From: Rhina ancylostomus
Taxonomy: Eukaryota
Assembly: GCA_030265395.1 (NCBI GenBank)
Contig: JARFYF010000059.1
Location: 17,263,676 to 17,325,009 of the forward strand
Reading direction: 5' to 3'
Length of the DNA: 61,334 bases
The first letter of the stretch is position 1. Every line of letters starts with the position of its first letter. The notes under the pieces are model-generated. The model made no database searches, had not been told where the DNA came from, and was given only the letters and a program-made list of their open reading frames with translations. Positions 23,646 to 36,122 of the stretch are shown here, piece after piece. Position numbers and translations under genes: made by a program.

Positions 23646-24187
23646 ATATGGACAAATGCACAAAAGTTAAGATACAGACCCCAAAGCAGAAGATCCAAAA
23701 AAACTGCTGAGGAGAAATCAACTAATCACAATCAACAACAAAAGCTTATTTTTGTATAGATAGTAAAACATTCTTAGATTTCCAAAATGGCAGAAAAATC
23801 AGAAAAAAATACAATGGATAGACTTATAGAGTGGACATGGAAATTGCTTACCTATCTGGGAATCATGTTGGGGAATTTAATATTAATTGGGCAAGTGCTA
23901 TAAATGGGAAAATAAGTGCTTAACTAAGGGAGATGTAGGAACACAAAGCTCTTGTCTGATATTAAGTCGCACTAGTCTTACTTTTAAGATCATAATATTT
24001 CTTCACAGTTGGTTATTCTCAGTCCAGGAATATTGCCCTTTTTATGTACAGCTTGAAGAGCTTATATTTTAAGCATCAAATCTGGGTGTGCATGCCTCAC
24101 TCACTGCTGATTGCAAATAATTAAAGCAAAGGCCTTTATTACCATAGCACAATTTTTCAGAAAATTTGAAGGTGTTTTTTTGGCAAA

Positions 24188-24545
24188 TTAAGTGCTTTTG
24201 AAGTGTAGTTACTGTAGTAGGAATAGAACAGTTAACTTGTGCAACAAACCTCTACAAACACATTGTGATTATGACCAGGCAATTTTTTGTAATGATATTG
24301 TGTGAGGAATAAGTATTGGCCAGGACACCAGGGATAATTGTGCTTCTTCCAGTTTGTGCCCTGGGAATATTTATATCCACCTGAGAGACTAGACAGGAGC
24401 TGGGTTTAGTATCTTATCTGAAAGATAATGGCAACACATCCTCCATCATTACACTGCAATGTTAATCTAAATTTTTCTGGTCATGTCTGTGGAGAGGGTT
24501 CTTGAACCCACAACTTTCTAACTCTAAGACAAGATTGCAACTAAG
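24188..24545 (-). mobile_element. DeuSINE/SacSINE1-like element
   Basis: AAGTGCTTTTGAAGTGTAGT...GGAATAAGTATTGGCCAGGACACCAGGG...CCACCTGAGAG...CTTGAACCCACAAC. Related copies at 34310-34550 (-) and 49505-49870 (+). Confidence 0.7.
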
Positions 24546-25014
24546 TAGTATCATGCTAGCTGATTCATATTTAATTCCCTGTCCTTTAAGGAGAAAACCC
24601 TTTGTTGGAACTGAAATTAAAAGAGTATATCCATTATTTGAAAAAGAACCAACACAAGGAATTGAATTGAAACAATGGAGGAATTGTGTAGAGTACGCCA
24701 GTCAACTAGAGTGCTGAAGGGAGTCAACAGAAAGGAGTGACTTGCAGTGCAGCACGTTCACTAACTGCTGCTGTATCATGCTGCTGCAGCAAGCTAGAGT
24801 AGACTCAGAATTTTACTTTATTTGTTTAAAATTGAGTAAGTGGCTTTTTATGGTGTGTGCAGTTACAAAAGTCATCGATCCTGCTCAATTGACTCAGTTT
24901 GGAATCTAACAGTTCCTTGCCTTGATATCCCATAACTGCAACTTAAACAGGTGTTGTGCATCCTGTCATTCTTAAAAATCAGAACATTCTTTACAAATTA
25001 CATCAGTTAAAGTA

Positions 25015-25295
25015 CAATGTTATATTGGACAATATATTGTAATATAAACAAAATTATTATTATAATAGTCAGCATATTGTAATATTAATCAGGCTGAAGT
25101 ATCAGTATGACTATTGTAACATAAATAAGGCTATTGTAATCAAACTATTGTAATTTCACTGAGTATATGAACATTTTGATTGGTATGTTATAATATTTGT
25201 CAATGTAAGTAATATTAGCCAGATGACTGAAATATTAAACTGTGTATTGTAATGTACTAAAATAATTTAATACTATAATATTAATCAAGCCTTTG
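25015..25295. repeat. AT-rich degenerate tandem repeat (ATATTGTAATAT-containing, ~22-nt unit)
   Basis: TATTGTAAT recurs many times. A similar patch occurs at ~29215-29270. Confidence 0.65.
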
Positions 25296-25309
25296 TGATC
25301 TTAGTTGTC

Positions 25310-25960
25310 ATAGAATAATACAAAGGAGAAAAGTATATTTGACCCATCATTTCTGTGCTAGCTCTTTGATAGAGCTATCTACTAAAAAATGTGTCATTAT
25401 TGGTAGTTTACCAATCACTTTAAATCTGTGGCCTCTGCTTACTGACTTTCTTTTATTATTATTTAACAGAAATTCATGATTTTGAATACTTCTGTCATTG
25501 CAATATTGAGTTAAAATACTTTGCTGGATGCAAAGTGCTTTGGGATATTCTGAAAGGAATGTGAAAGGTGTTGTATTAATCCAAATCATTCTTTTATCAA
25601 ATATCTCCTCATGCTTTCTCACTGTAAATGGATCAACCCATGTTCTCTATTCTCTGCATAACTGAAGTCCCTCATCTCTTCAACCATTCAAGTAATTCAC
25701 TTGTAAATCTACTGTAAAATCAGTCAGAATTCTATAATACAGAGAGTGGTGGGTGCCTGGAACGCACAGCCAGGGTTGGTGGTAGAGGCTGATACAATAG
25801 GGATTTTTAAAAGACTTATACAGGCACATGGATGTCAGAAAAATGGAGGGTTATGGGCTGTGTAGGAGGGAAGGATTAGATTGATCATGGAGTAGATTTA
25901 TATAGATCGGCACAACATCGTGGGCCGAAGGGCCCATACTGTGCTGTACCGTTCCCTGTT
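25310..25960. mobile_element. Old minus-strand CR1 3' fragment adjacent to a younger plus-strand CR1 3' end (25740-25960)
   Basis: ORF 25347..25622 contains SRGHRFKV. The plus part is CAGAGAGTGGTGGGTGCCTGGAACG...GTGGGCCGAAGGGCC. Confidence 0.8.
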
Positions 25961-26679
25961 AAGAAGGTGCACCATCAGTGGCTTCTGACTTCACTTTGCC
26001 AACATGATTTCATGTGCCTTGTAGCCCTTTGCCTCTAGTTGGAGTCTGGTGTTGTCACACAAAAAGTATGCCTCTTGTTCAGATAAGACCTTGGATACAA
26101 TGGTGAAAGCTGTAGGAGCAGGTTCATTATGTCCATTTATCACATTCCTAGAGGGGCTGCCTTTATTATCTTATCTGCACAAACCAGATCTGATATTTGA
26201 TGGAGTGAAAGAACACTTTTGTTTCGCACTATGCTTTTAAGGTATAGTACACAAATTAATGCTACACAATATTTTTCCTGTGTCCATAATTGTATCGCCT
26301 CATTCCTTTGCAACACCTGGGACAAATAGAACCTTGTCACTTAGTGGCATGTGGTGTTTGTGTTCCCTAGAGTACGCAAGGAACTTAATGCAGCTGCACA
26401 TGAGTTAGCTACTGAGATCAAGGCCACTTTGTGTATATTTTTTCCTCCTTTTTGTGTGAAGATTTGAACATTGCTTCCATGCTCCATTTTTGGATCACTA
26501 GATGAAATGGAAAATGGTTCAGGTGACTGATGCAGCTTAGGAGCAGAGTATAGGCCACACCTACATCACAGACAGCAATGGAAAGAACACCTTGCACCTG
26601 ATAACCAGGTTATTTATCACAACTGAGAGGCAGTGCCACTTCCATATTTCTAGTGTCTGCTTTACCTTGGCTATGAGTT

Positions 26680-28031
26680 CTTGGTGCATTGTCTAGCTCC
26701 TCTGAGCCACATTCCCAGCTTTCTGCAGCATACCAGTCTCTGACCTGGTACTGTAGTTGAAGTAATTATGTACATAATCCAATTAAGATTCTATTTAATG
26801 ATGATCCTCAGTTTGATAATGGTAGGGAAATAAATACGAAGTTATTCTCTTGGTTGGAGATGAGCATTATTTGGGATCTTTGTTGGTTTGATATTACTTG
26901 CCACATAGGTCCATGCCTAAGCATGAAGGTTTTATCAGGTTTTGTTGCATGGAAGCACAAAATACACAATTTTCTGTAGGGCTGTGAACAGAATCCAGTC
27001 ATGGACACAATGTAATTGTAGCAAGTATTCCTATTTCTTGCCTCAGAATGGGGGTGAGGTCATTTATGAAACAACTGAAGGTGATTAGGTTCGGGATACT
27101 GCCTTGAGGATGTCCATGAACAATGTCCTGAGACATGACTGACCTCCAACCACAACCTTCTATGTGCTAATTATGACTCCAGTTGAGTTTTCTTCTTGAT
27201 TCCTGTTGATTTTAATAAGACTCCTTGATACCACACTTGGTCAAAATCTGCCTTGATTTTGAATACAGCCACTCACACTTTGTGATCTAGTGCTAAGTGG
27301 TCCTGTCAAAAACTAAACTGAGCAAGTCATTGGTGAGTAAGTGCCACTTTTTAAGCACTGTTGATAACACCTATTGCTTTGCTGATGAATGAGTAGACTG
27401 ATTAAAGAGAAATTAGCTGGATTGGATGAATCATGTATTTCATGAGTAAGATGTGCACACTTTCCAGTTGTTAGGTTATTAGCAGTATTAGAACAGCTTG
27501 GCTGAAGATGTGACTAGTTCTAGAGCACAGTTCTTCAACACTGCTTCAGATATGTTGTCGGAACCTATAGCCTTTGCTGCATCCAATACATCAGCTAATT
27601 TTTGATATATGGAATGAATCAAATTGTCTGAAGACTGGTTTGATGCTGGGGTCCCTCAGAGGAAGCCAAGATGTATCAACCACTTGGAACTTTGACCAAA
27701 GATATTTACGAAAACTTTGGCCTTTTTTGTTTGTGTGTATATGCTGGGCTCCTCCATAATTGAAAATCAGGATGGATTTTGAGCTAGATCCTCTTTGTTA
27801 ATTGGTCAATTGTCCATCACCATTTAGAACTGGATGCAACAGGATGATTGATCTTTGATCCATGGTTTTGAGATTGCATTAGCTCTATCATTGACACATT
27901 GCTTCTGCTGTTTAGCTCACTTGTAATCCTATGTTGTAGCTTCACCATGTTGCTAACTCATTTATCTGGTTATACTTCTGTTTTGCTGTTTGGTTGTTTT
28001 GAGCTAGGATTGGTGGTAATGGTACAATAAA
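26680..28031 (-). mobile_element. Degenerate CR1/L2-clade LINE (second family), RT region
   Basis: Reverse-complement similarity to 40190-41900 (GACTCCTTGATACCACACTTGGTCAAAATCTGCC versus GGCAGCATTTGACCAAGTGTGACATCAGGA; AFD.VWH-like RT motif). Confidence 0.6.
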
Positions 28032-30849
28032 NNNNNNNNNNNNNNNNNNNNNNNNNNNNNNNNNNNNNNNNNNNNNNNNNNNNNNNNNNNNNNNNNNNNN
28101 NNNNNNNNNNNNNNNNNNNNNNNNNNNNNNNATCCTCCTTGGCCTCATCCAAAGCTTCCCAGATTGGGATATGCACTAATGACTGTCAAATGTTGGTTTT
28201 GTGTTAGAATGAGCTGGAGCACAATAAAGCAATCACTATCTCTGCAGGGGTAGCTGGTGAGACACTGACAAGCTTATTTCTGATGGTGAAAATGTGAAAA
28301 TGAAATCCCTCTTCCAGTTTGCCTCTCCAGACAAAGGTGAATCCACCAGCTTGTTCTTTAAAATAGCCTGCTTTCATACCGTAATTGGGGCTGAGACGTC
28401 AGTGATGATTTTTAAAAAATTTTGAAGTAAACATTATTCAGAAAAATATATACAAGAAATATAAAATACAAAAACAGTGCATTACTTCCTTTACATTCAT
28501 TGGGTCATTCAATCTATATATTCTTAGAGTTATTGGTTCTATACATTTGCAGTGTGAGCACCATCAGTATGCAGAGCACCATTGTCAGCCATGTGGGGTT
28601 GTTAGTCCCTCCCAGAGTCATCGTGCTCCACAGAACCCCAATGCACCAATGAACCAAGCAATGCCCCTCTCACAGTTGACTGCAACGTGGATGGAATTTA
28701 ACAGAATACATCGCTGTAGTACTGTGGCAAGCAGCCAAACCTTGTTCACTGTTGGCTTATGAAATAGAATTCTAGTGTGCCTAAAAATATTAAATAATAT
28801 TGCAGAATTTAATTTACATTTATTTATGCAACCTGGTGACCTATATTTTTTCTTTCAACTATTCCACATCAGTGTGCTCTCCCAGGCCGACATCCCTAGC
28901 AATGAGGCACTGATTGCTGTTAGTCACGTGGGTTGAGCAAGCCACATCATATGCATGCTCGACACCGTATTCTCTGAAACAGATACAGTATTCCAACCTC
29001 TATTACAGGAAGGGATTACCTTCCTGAGAAGGAGCATTTGGGATGGTACTGAGAACTTGGATACACAGAAGCACACAGAAAAGGACATGGAAGCCCTGTG
29101 TAAATGGCTATAGGACTGTTCCAGCTAACAAATTGTCACATCAATCCACAAAACCAGAATGGAAGCAAACCATCTTCAAATCTAAGGGACTCCTTGAGAA
29201 GAAGAATTTAATATAAATAAACCTGAATATTAATCAGGCACTGTGATATTAATTAGAATATTGTAATAACAGCAGTGTTGCTGTGTACTAGATATTAATG
29301 TCATGATAAAAGTGCTAGTGCTCCATAATAGTATTTTAGTACTCTTTAGTACCAGTTAAGACACTATATTGTCAATCACATGCCGTAGCATTAATCAATC
29401 TACTTCATACCAGTAAGTATTCAATGTACACTATCCACAATTTAGTAGCAAGTGTGGCTGCTTGTTTTCTGTATTTTGCCGGGTTGTTACTGAGTGCAGA
29501 TTTCCTTGCTGATCCCTCTGAGGAAAAATACAACACTTGTTCATTCTAGACTATGAGTTTCTTTGAGTTTCTAAATTCATTCATGAAGCAGCAAACTGGC
29601 CAATCAATGGAACAAAGAGGACTCTCGTGCTCCATTGACATAGTGTAACGTGGGCTGCCAGACAGGTTATGCTACAAATGTTGAATAAATAATTATGGAA
29701 GAGTGATCAGCAGTTCATTTGATACAGACTTTTGAAACCAGATGTTGCTGTCACCTGGTAATTTAGCATGCCACCTCCTACATTTTCAGTCTTGCTGCTG
29801 TCCTGTGTCATGGAACTTGATCCTTAGTCCTAGTCCTTAGTTGGGTTTCACAATTGTGCTGCTAATATTCAGAAGCTGAGGGTGTGTGTGCTTACAGATA
29901 CAATGGAACAGTTGACACAAAGGGCTATATCAGCTGCAGAAGGTGGCAGTGTTGCTGTGAGAGGTGGCTTAGAAAATTCGTTTTCAGATCTGGCAGCAGT
30001 AACATTGTTCTCTGCATCTTTGGTCCTTGAGCAGCAAGGGATATTCATACCAAAGTAGACCTTAGCTGGAGAATTGTGCATCGCTTCTTTGTTAATTAAA
30101 ATGCACCAACTTTATCTGGTGCATATCCAGGTAATCCAAGGCATTGCTCTTGCAGTAGATAGATCCTCTTTAAGAATTTTACTTGGTATTTGCGTTCATC
30201 ATCACCTGTCCCTCAACTCACTGTTGATGTTGTTTGGGCCTATGTTCATATCTCCAATCTACCCTCCCCCCCACCGAAAACCTTGATGCAATTTCACAAC
30301 TTGGCCTCTTCTCAATAACCTGATTATGTCTCCAGCCGGCTTCTCCACTTTGTCCCCTGTTGATGTTGCCCATTTCATTAATGCCCTCCATCTCCAACTC
30401 ATCTCCAACTCTGACTGATTAGCCATATCCTCTCTGTCCCTCTTGAATTTCCCTTTGCCACCTCCTCCCTCATGATCCAAGAGCTCCATAGTTTCTTTAT
30501 CTTTAGTGTATATTTTTTGTGTGTCAGCCCCTTTTATTGTAGATGATATCTCTGCCCTCATGCACAGTAGAATATTGCTGCATGTGGGCTTGCACAAAAC
30601 TACTGCTAAAGCTTTTGCAAACCTAGTTGTACCTCAGGAACATGCACAGCTATTAGAGCCATTCAATAAGGAAGAAAGAAAAACTATCATTTATGTAGTG
30701 CATTTCAAATCTTCAGGATACATCGGCAAGTAGTTATGCGTGGTTTTAAAATGGTGGAAGCAATATCCACATAACAAGATCTCACAAGAGTACTAATGTC
30801 ATAACCAGGTAATGCACAACAAAATAGCAGATGATCAGTAGGATGGTGA

Positions 30850-31290
30850 CATAAGCAGGGACATTACAGATGAAATTCAATGCAGAGAGTTGTGAAGTAG
30901 TTCATTTTGAAAACTAAACTGATGAGAATAATCTAAAGCATACAAGTATAAAAGAGGTGCAGGACAAAGAAATCAGAGAAGGGTAGTTCACATGCATGGT
31001 TTTGAGAATGAAAATGATGAAGCTGCTTAAAATGCACACAATATTCTTATCTTTACAAATATGCAGACATGGGTCAGTTGCATATTGGAGCTCAACTGGA
31101 GTATTTTCCAGTTCCAGTTGAAATTCAAAACCATGCTGGAAGTCCAAATAAGTTCTATCAGAATGTTATCTGTAATAGGCAACTGTTATGTGAAGAAACT
31201 ACTAAGGCTAGTACTGTTCCCTGAGAAAAAAGGTTAATGGGGCATGTGAAAGAGGTATTCAAAATTATGACTCAAAAATAAACAGGCTGC
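30850..31290 (+). mobile_element. Degenerate CR1 RT fragment
   Basis: CAGATGAAATTCAATGCAGAGAGTTGTGAAGTAGTTCATTTTG (QMKFNAE.CEVVHF-like). Confidence 0.6.
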
Positions 31291-32424
31291 AAAACTTGAT
31301 TGCATAGGGTTCAGTGCTTGGGTACTTTGGGTGAGTGATTGGTTTCAGTGAATACTTGTAGAATTTATTGTTCCATCTGCCATATTGGGAAGCATTTAAG
31401 CACATGTGATTATCCTGCACACCAAAAGTAGATGGATCAGGATTCAAACAATGAGCAAACCTGCCAAAATGTAGCTAATTCCAGATTGCATTAAGGCTAC
31501 AGCAAGAACCATCCCTTTCTTTTCTATTAAATGGGATCATCAATTATTTGCAGGTTACTTACTGATTGACTTGTGAAGTGTTGGTTAGAGTAAGTTACTA
31601 TTTATGTTTCTGGACCTAGCTATAGATTATGAAGTATAAAGAGCGAAATATGGCTAAAAAACAGAGTCTATTTTCCCTTCAAAGCTTCAGCAAAGCCCTG
31701 TTATTGTCAAACATAGGTACTATTTGTCAGGATTGCAATGTAATAGGGAAATGATGAGAAAATACCCAGAATAGAGCAAACCAATAGAAGGAAAAGGAAG
31801 GAGAGGCGGGCAGAAAGTTCTATCCACCAAGAGAGTTCAGGAAAAAGAAATGTATGAGGTGACTGCATTGGGAAGGAGGTCGCATTCTGCTGCATATGTC
31901 ACATCCCGCACCCATAACATAACCACAGAACAGGGTCAGAAATACGTAGCTGGTGTCTGTATTTACATCACTGTTGTCCAAACAACATTTGCTCATCTGG
32001 CCTTTTCCAGGCTTAAGCTGCTGATATTTGCAAAAATTCATAGTTTCCAGTGTACTGAGAAGGTCAGAGACATCTCTCCACAAAAGCAGAATTCAACTTA
32101 TTCTCCCTTAGCAGAAGCCGCATTGCTTTCTCTTGATTGCAGCTTTCCAAAGTGCAAGGTGTCAGCAGCATTCATCCTGTGTTGCTGCCATTGTAAGTAA
32201 GCTACAAGACACACAGCAACCACAAGGTCTTCCCATTTCTAAATGTATAGCTGGTGTGCGACCATACTCAAGCATCTTGGTAGCAGCCAGGAAGATGTGG
32301 TGATGCTTTTAGTCTACTATGTCCAACCAATTTGGGTCACTGTGCCAAACTAAAGATGGCTGCTGGGAAATAAAGGTGATTTTCCTAACATTTGGGAGTT
32401 TTGCAATTTAGAATAGAGCCAGTC

Positions 32425-32615
32425 TCAAGATTAGAACTCTTAATCTCCTAATCTACCTCGCTGTGGTCCTTGCACTTTATTTGTCTACCTGCACTGCACT
32501 TTTTCTGTAACTGCAACACTGTATTCTGCATTCTGTTTTATTTTTGTTACCTTGATGTGATTATGTATGCAATGATCTGTCTGGATGGCATACAAAACTG
32601 TATCTCAGTAAATGA
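32425..32615 (+). mobile_element. Rex1/Babar-type LINE 3' tail
   Basis: CCTGCACTGCACTTT..CTGTAACTG..ACACT...ATGATCTG..TGGATGGCAT, shared with 38860-39010 and 44950-45075. Confidence 0.75.
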
Positions 32616-32820
32616 ATGAAAGATGCCATACAAGTATCAACTAATGACTCTTGTGCATACCTTTGCCTGTGCTGGTACTTCAGCGCAGGGCTCCCTTAGT
32701 GTCTGTTGTATGACTGGCGGAAAGCCATTGAATTTCAACAAAGAAAATGCAGGATTATATTAGAAGAAAGTTTTTGGCCATGACACCATATGACTTTTAA
32801 CACAAGTTTCCATCACCATT

Positions 32821-32883
32821 ATGGAAGCATTTTGACCTTGCATGGCAGCAAATTGAACTTGCATGGCAGAGTTCTGACCTTGT
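32821..32883. repeat. 21-bp tandem repeat, 3 diverged units
   Basis: ATGGAAGCATTTTGACCTTGC / ATGGCAGCAAATTGAACTTGC / ATGGCAGAGTTCTGACCTTGT. Confidence 0.8.
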
Positions 32884-34309
32884 ACCACTTTACTTGGATG
32901 TTGATGGCAAATTCTTGTGGGGCATTGGAAAGTGGACATGGGCCATCCAATGTTGAACAAAAGTTTGGCCTACAGTTGTTGAAATCAAGGTAACCATCAC
33001 TTCTATGCAGGAAAGGATTGTCTCTCGGCTCCTGGACTTTGCTTGTATTACATTAAGCATTTTATTGTATACAACCATCAGCCTTCTTCTGTACCCTGGC
33101 TCATCAGTCCCATTCTGAGTCCTTTGCTGTCAAAGAAGCTTTAGTGAGTGGCTGTAGTACATTATTGTAGCCATAGTGTGCCATTGGTGGAAAGAGTAAA
33201 TATTTAGTGTGTGGATTGGGTCCCGACCAAATAGGCTGATTTGTACTGAATAATGTTGAGCATCTTGAGTATTGCAGAGTAGCAGTCATATATGCAAGTA
33301 GGAAGTATTCTCTATCACTTTATATTTGTACCTTGCGGATGAGGGGGGGCGGGTGTGGTAGGACTCTTTGGGGAGTTACTCATTGCAAGATCCTGGCCTG
33401 ATCTTGTAGCCACAAAATTTATGTGACTGGCTCAGTTATGTATCTGTTTAATGATGCCCCCAGATTGTAGAATATACTGTCATCTTTAATGGTTTCTTAA
33501 TGTTTAATGGCTGTTTCAGTTCTGGCTAGCTTGCTGTTCGCTGGTGCTAAAACACATGAACTGTTGTTTCCCCACCAATTGTTTACTTGCATGCTCCCAC
33601 TTGTTTTTGTCAGGATAACTGATCTGTAGTTTCTTGTTTATCTCTTAAATTTCTCAGCCAAGGTGCTTTCTCTGTACTGTACCATCTTTATCTCATGCTT
33701 TATTCTCAGGATTACCCCTCCTCCATTTTCCCTATCTTTCCTAAAAATTTAAGTATCCTGGAATATTTAAGTATCCTTGGTTACGTTGCAAACAACCTTC
33801 ACACCATTATTTAGTTTAAAACTTTACCTATAGCCCCAGTTATTCAATTTGCTAGGGCATTGGTCCCACCCCATGCAAAGCTTGCCATAATGGAACAACT
33901 TCCACTTTCTTGCCATCACCCCAGCTATTGAAACCCATTTCTTCCACATCAGTCTTTTAAGCTATGCATTCAACTGTCTGATCTGATTAACCTTATGTCA
34001 GTTTGCATGTAACTCAGGTGGTAATCTACAGATTATTACCTTTATGCTTCAGCATTTTACTTTGGACTGTAGCTGCTGGTGCTTCCATAAAACCATGCTT
34101 GGTCCTAGAAATTGCAAAAAACATTTTATAGCCATAAGAGGATCAGTAATCAAGAATGGCAAAAAAAAACAATGAAATAATAAGGATTTTTTTGAATGTG
34201 GTGATTTGTTATGATCTGGAATTGACTGGCTATTTTCAGTGAGATAGCCCAGGAATGATCGACTGTATAAGTTCGTATGTGCTTAAATATTCTATAATCT
34301 GTTTATTTA

Positions 34310-34555
34310 GGTGTTAAATATTGACCAGGACGCTGCAAAGAACTGTTCTTTGAAATGCTATAGGACCTTTTACATTTATTGGAGAGGTCCAACAGGTTTT
34401 TGGTCAACATCTCATCTTAAACATAGCACTTCCAATGGTGTAAAACTCTCTCTATAATACTATGGAGTATCAATCTATGTTATTAGTTAAAGTCTATAGA
34501 ATGGGGCTTCAACCACACTGCCTTCTGACTTAGAGGGAACAGTGTTACCTGGCTA
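34310..34555 (-). mobile_element. DeuSINE/SacSINE1-like element
   Basis: TAAATATTGACCAGGAC...ACATCTCATC...GGGGCTTCAACCAC...CTTCTGACTTAGAGG, similar to 24300-24545. Confidence 0.6.
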
Positions 34556-35134
34556 ACATTAACTATTCAGAATTTCATGCTGACCTAGTGTTTCATGTGT
34601 CAATGAACAGTTTGCCTTCCTCTGACCTCTCAAAGCACAGCTTGCATAACAGCTTTGGACTGTTGCCAATACACAGTTCAGTCACCCAATAGATATGTTG
34701 CAATAATTAGTTCGTAAAGTGAGACATCAATTATATGCAAGGTACAGATCACATGTCATACTTCCTTCAATATTGAAGTTTCTCAGTCAGGAAGAGCCTT
34801 ACAGTGACTAATAACTTACTCACTAAATCTTGTTTTGATTCCAGCTTCCTTCTGTGATTAGACACACAGCCATTAGAACTCAGAGTACATTTTCATACTT
34901 TTAATTTATTAACTTATTTTTTGGGAGGGTTGGGTATCATTTATTCTTTTTTGTCTCCTTGGAGCTCCTGTTCCCATGTTTTAATTGTCTGATGTTAAAG
35001 CAAATGACAATGTAAACAAAACAAGATGCAAAATGTTGAAGGACAGGTCTGCATCCAGTTTACCAGCTGCTGCTTTAAATTAATTTATCAGTTGACAAAT
35101 TTCAGAGCAGGTCCTTTTTTTCCCTTTCTCTCTT

Positions 35135-35450
35135 CCTGGAAAGGAGCTGGCTCTTTCTGAATTCAAGACCAAATAGCCCCTGAAGGTGCTCTCACAGGGA
35201 CTCAAGACCCCCACCTCCATTGAAAATGCTGAACTACTGGGATTCAGGACTTCTTGTCCCCGGAAGGTGCTAATTCTCATTGAAATTCAAGTGCCCTTCT
35301 GTTCTGAAATTGCTAACTCTCAGTGAGGATCAAGGACTATCCTAGCCTGAAAGTGCTGTCTCACTGAGGTTCAGAAGCCTTCCTCTCCCAACGGTCCTGA
35401 TTCTTAAAGGGGTTTATGCCCTCACTTCCCCAGAAAGTTCTGATTTCAAG
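35135..35450. repeat. Degenerate ~40-bp minisatellite
   Basis: Recurrent ...TTCAAGAC...CC(T/G)GAAGGTGCT..CTCA... motif, about 7 units. Confidence 0.65.
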
Positions 35451-35999
35451 TCATCTTCTAAGCTGAAGGCACAGACAAAATGGTACATTTATATTACTGC
35501 TTCTCCAACACTTTCATTTTCACTACCTCCCACTCCCTTTTCATTCCTACTCTCTGAGACCTAGTCCCTCAGATAATTCCATTTGCTTGGTGAATCCCTC
35601 TCTATCTTCTTGATTAGATATGATTTGAAGTGAGGCTTCGGTTATGAAAAATTTTACTCATTTACAAAGATGGGTGGGATCAGATAAAGCCCTGTTGAGA
35701 GTAGGATCGATTTCAAAAATATTTTTAAAGTCAAACAGTCATAGCATAATTTTTAATGCTTTAGTCACTCATTTCCTGCCTTCAGACTTGCCTGTTTTTC
35801 ATGGAATTATAATCTTGGAGTCTGGAAAATAAATATTGTTTGAGAATAGCAGCAACATGACTGACCAGGAGGAGAGGGCCATGTGCAAACAGATCAAAAA
35901 CAGACACCGCTTCAGAGAAGGCAGTAATTTCTTCCAGATAACTCTGAAGAAACCAATGGGTCTTTAAGTCATACTGATAATGAGTGACAAAGTGTGATG

Positions 36000-36122
36000 A
36001 GACAGAAGGAAGAAAAAGGAAGAAGAAATAGGAAACGAGAGAGAAGGGAAAAGGGAAAAAAATGAGAGAAAATGAGGGAAACAAATAAAACCCAATTTAA
36101 AAAAGGAAAAGGGAAGAAAAAT
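36000..36122. repeat. Purine-rich low-complexity tract
   Basis: A/G-rich run. Confidence 0.85.

Noticed and set aside
32821-32883. CRISPR-like appearance of short periodic repeats (also 35135-35450 and 46590-46955)
   Set aside because: Eukaryotic DNA, units are adjacent and diverged, with no unique spacers and no cas genes.
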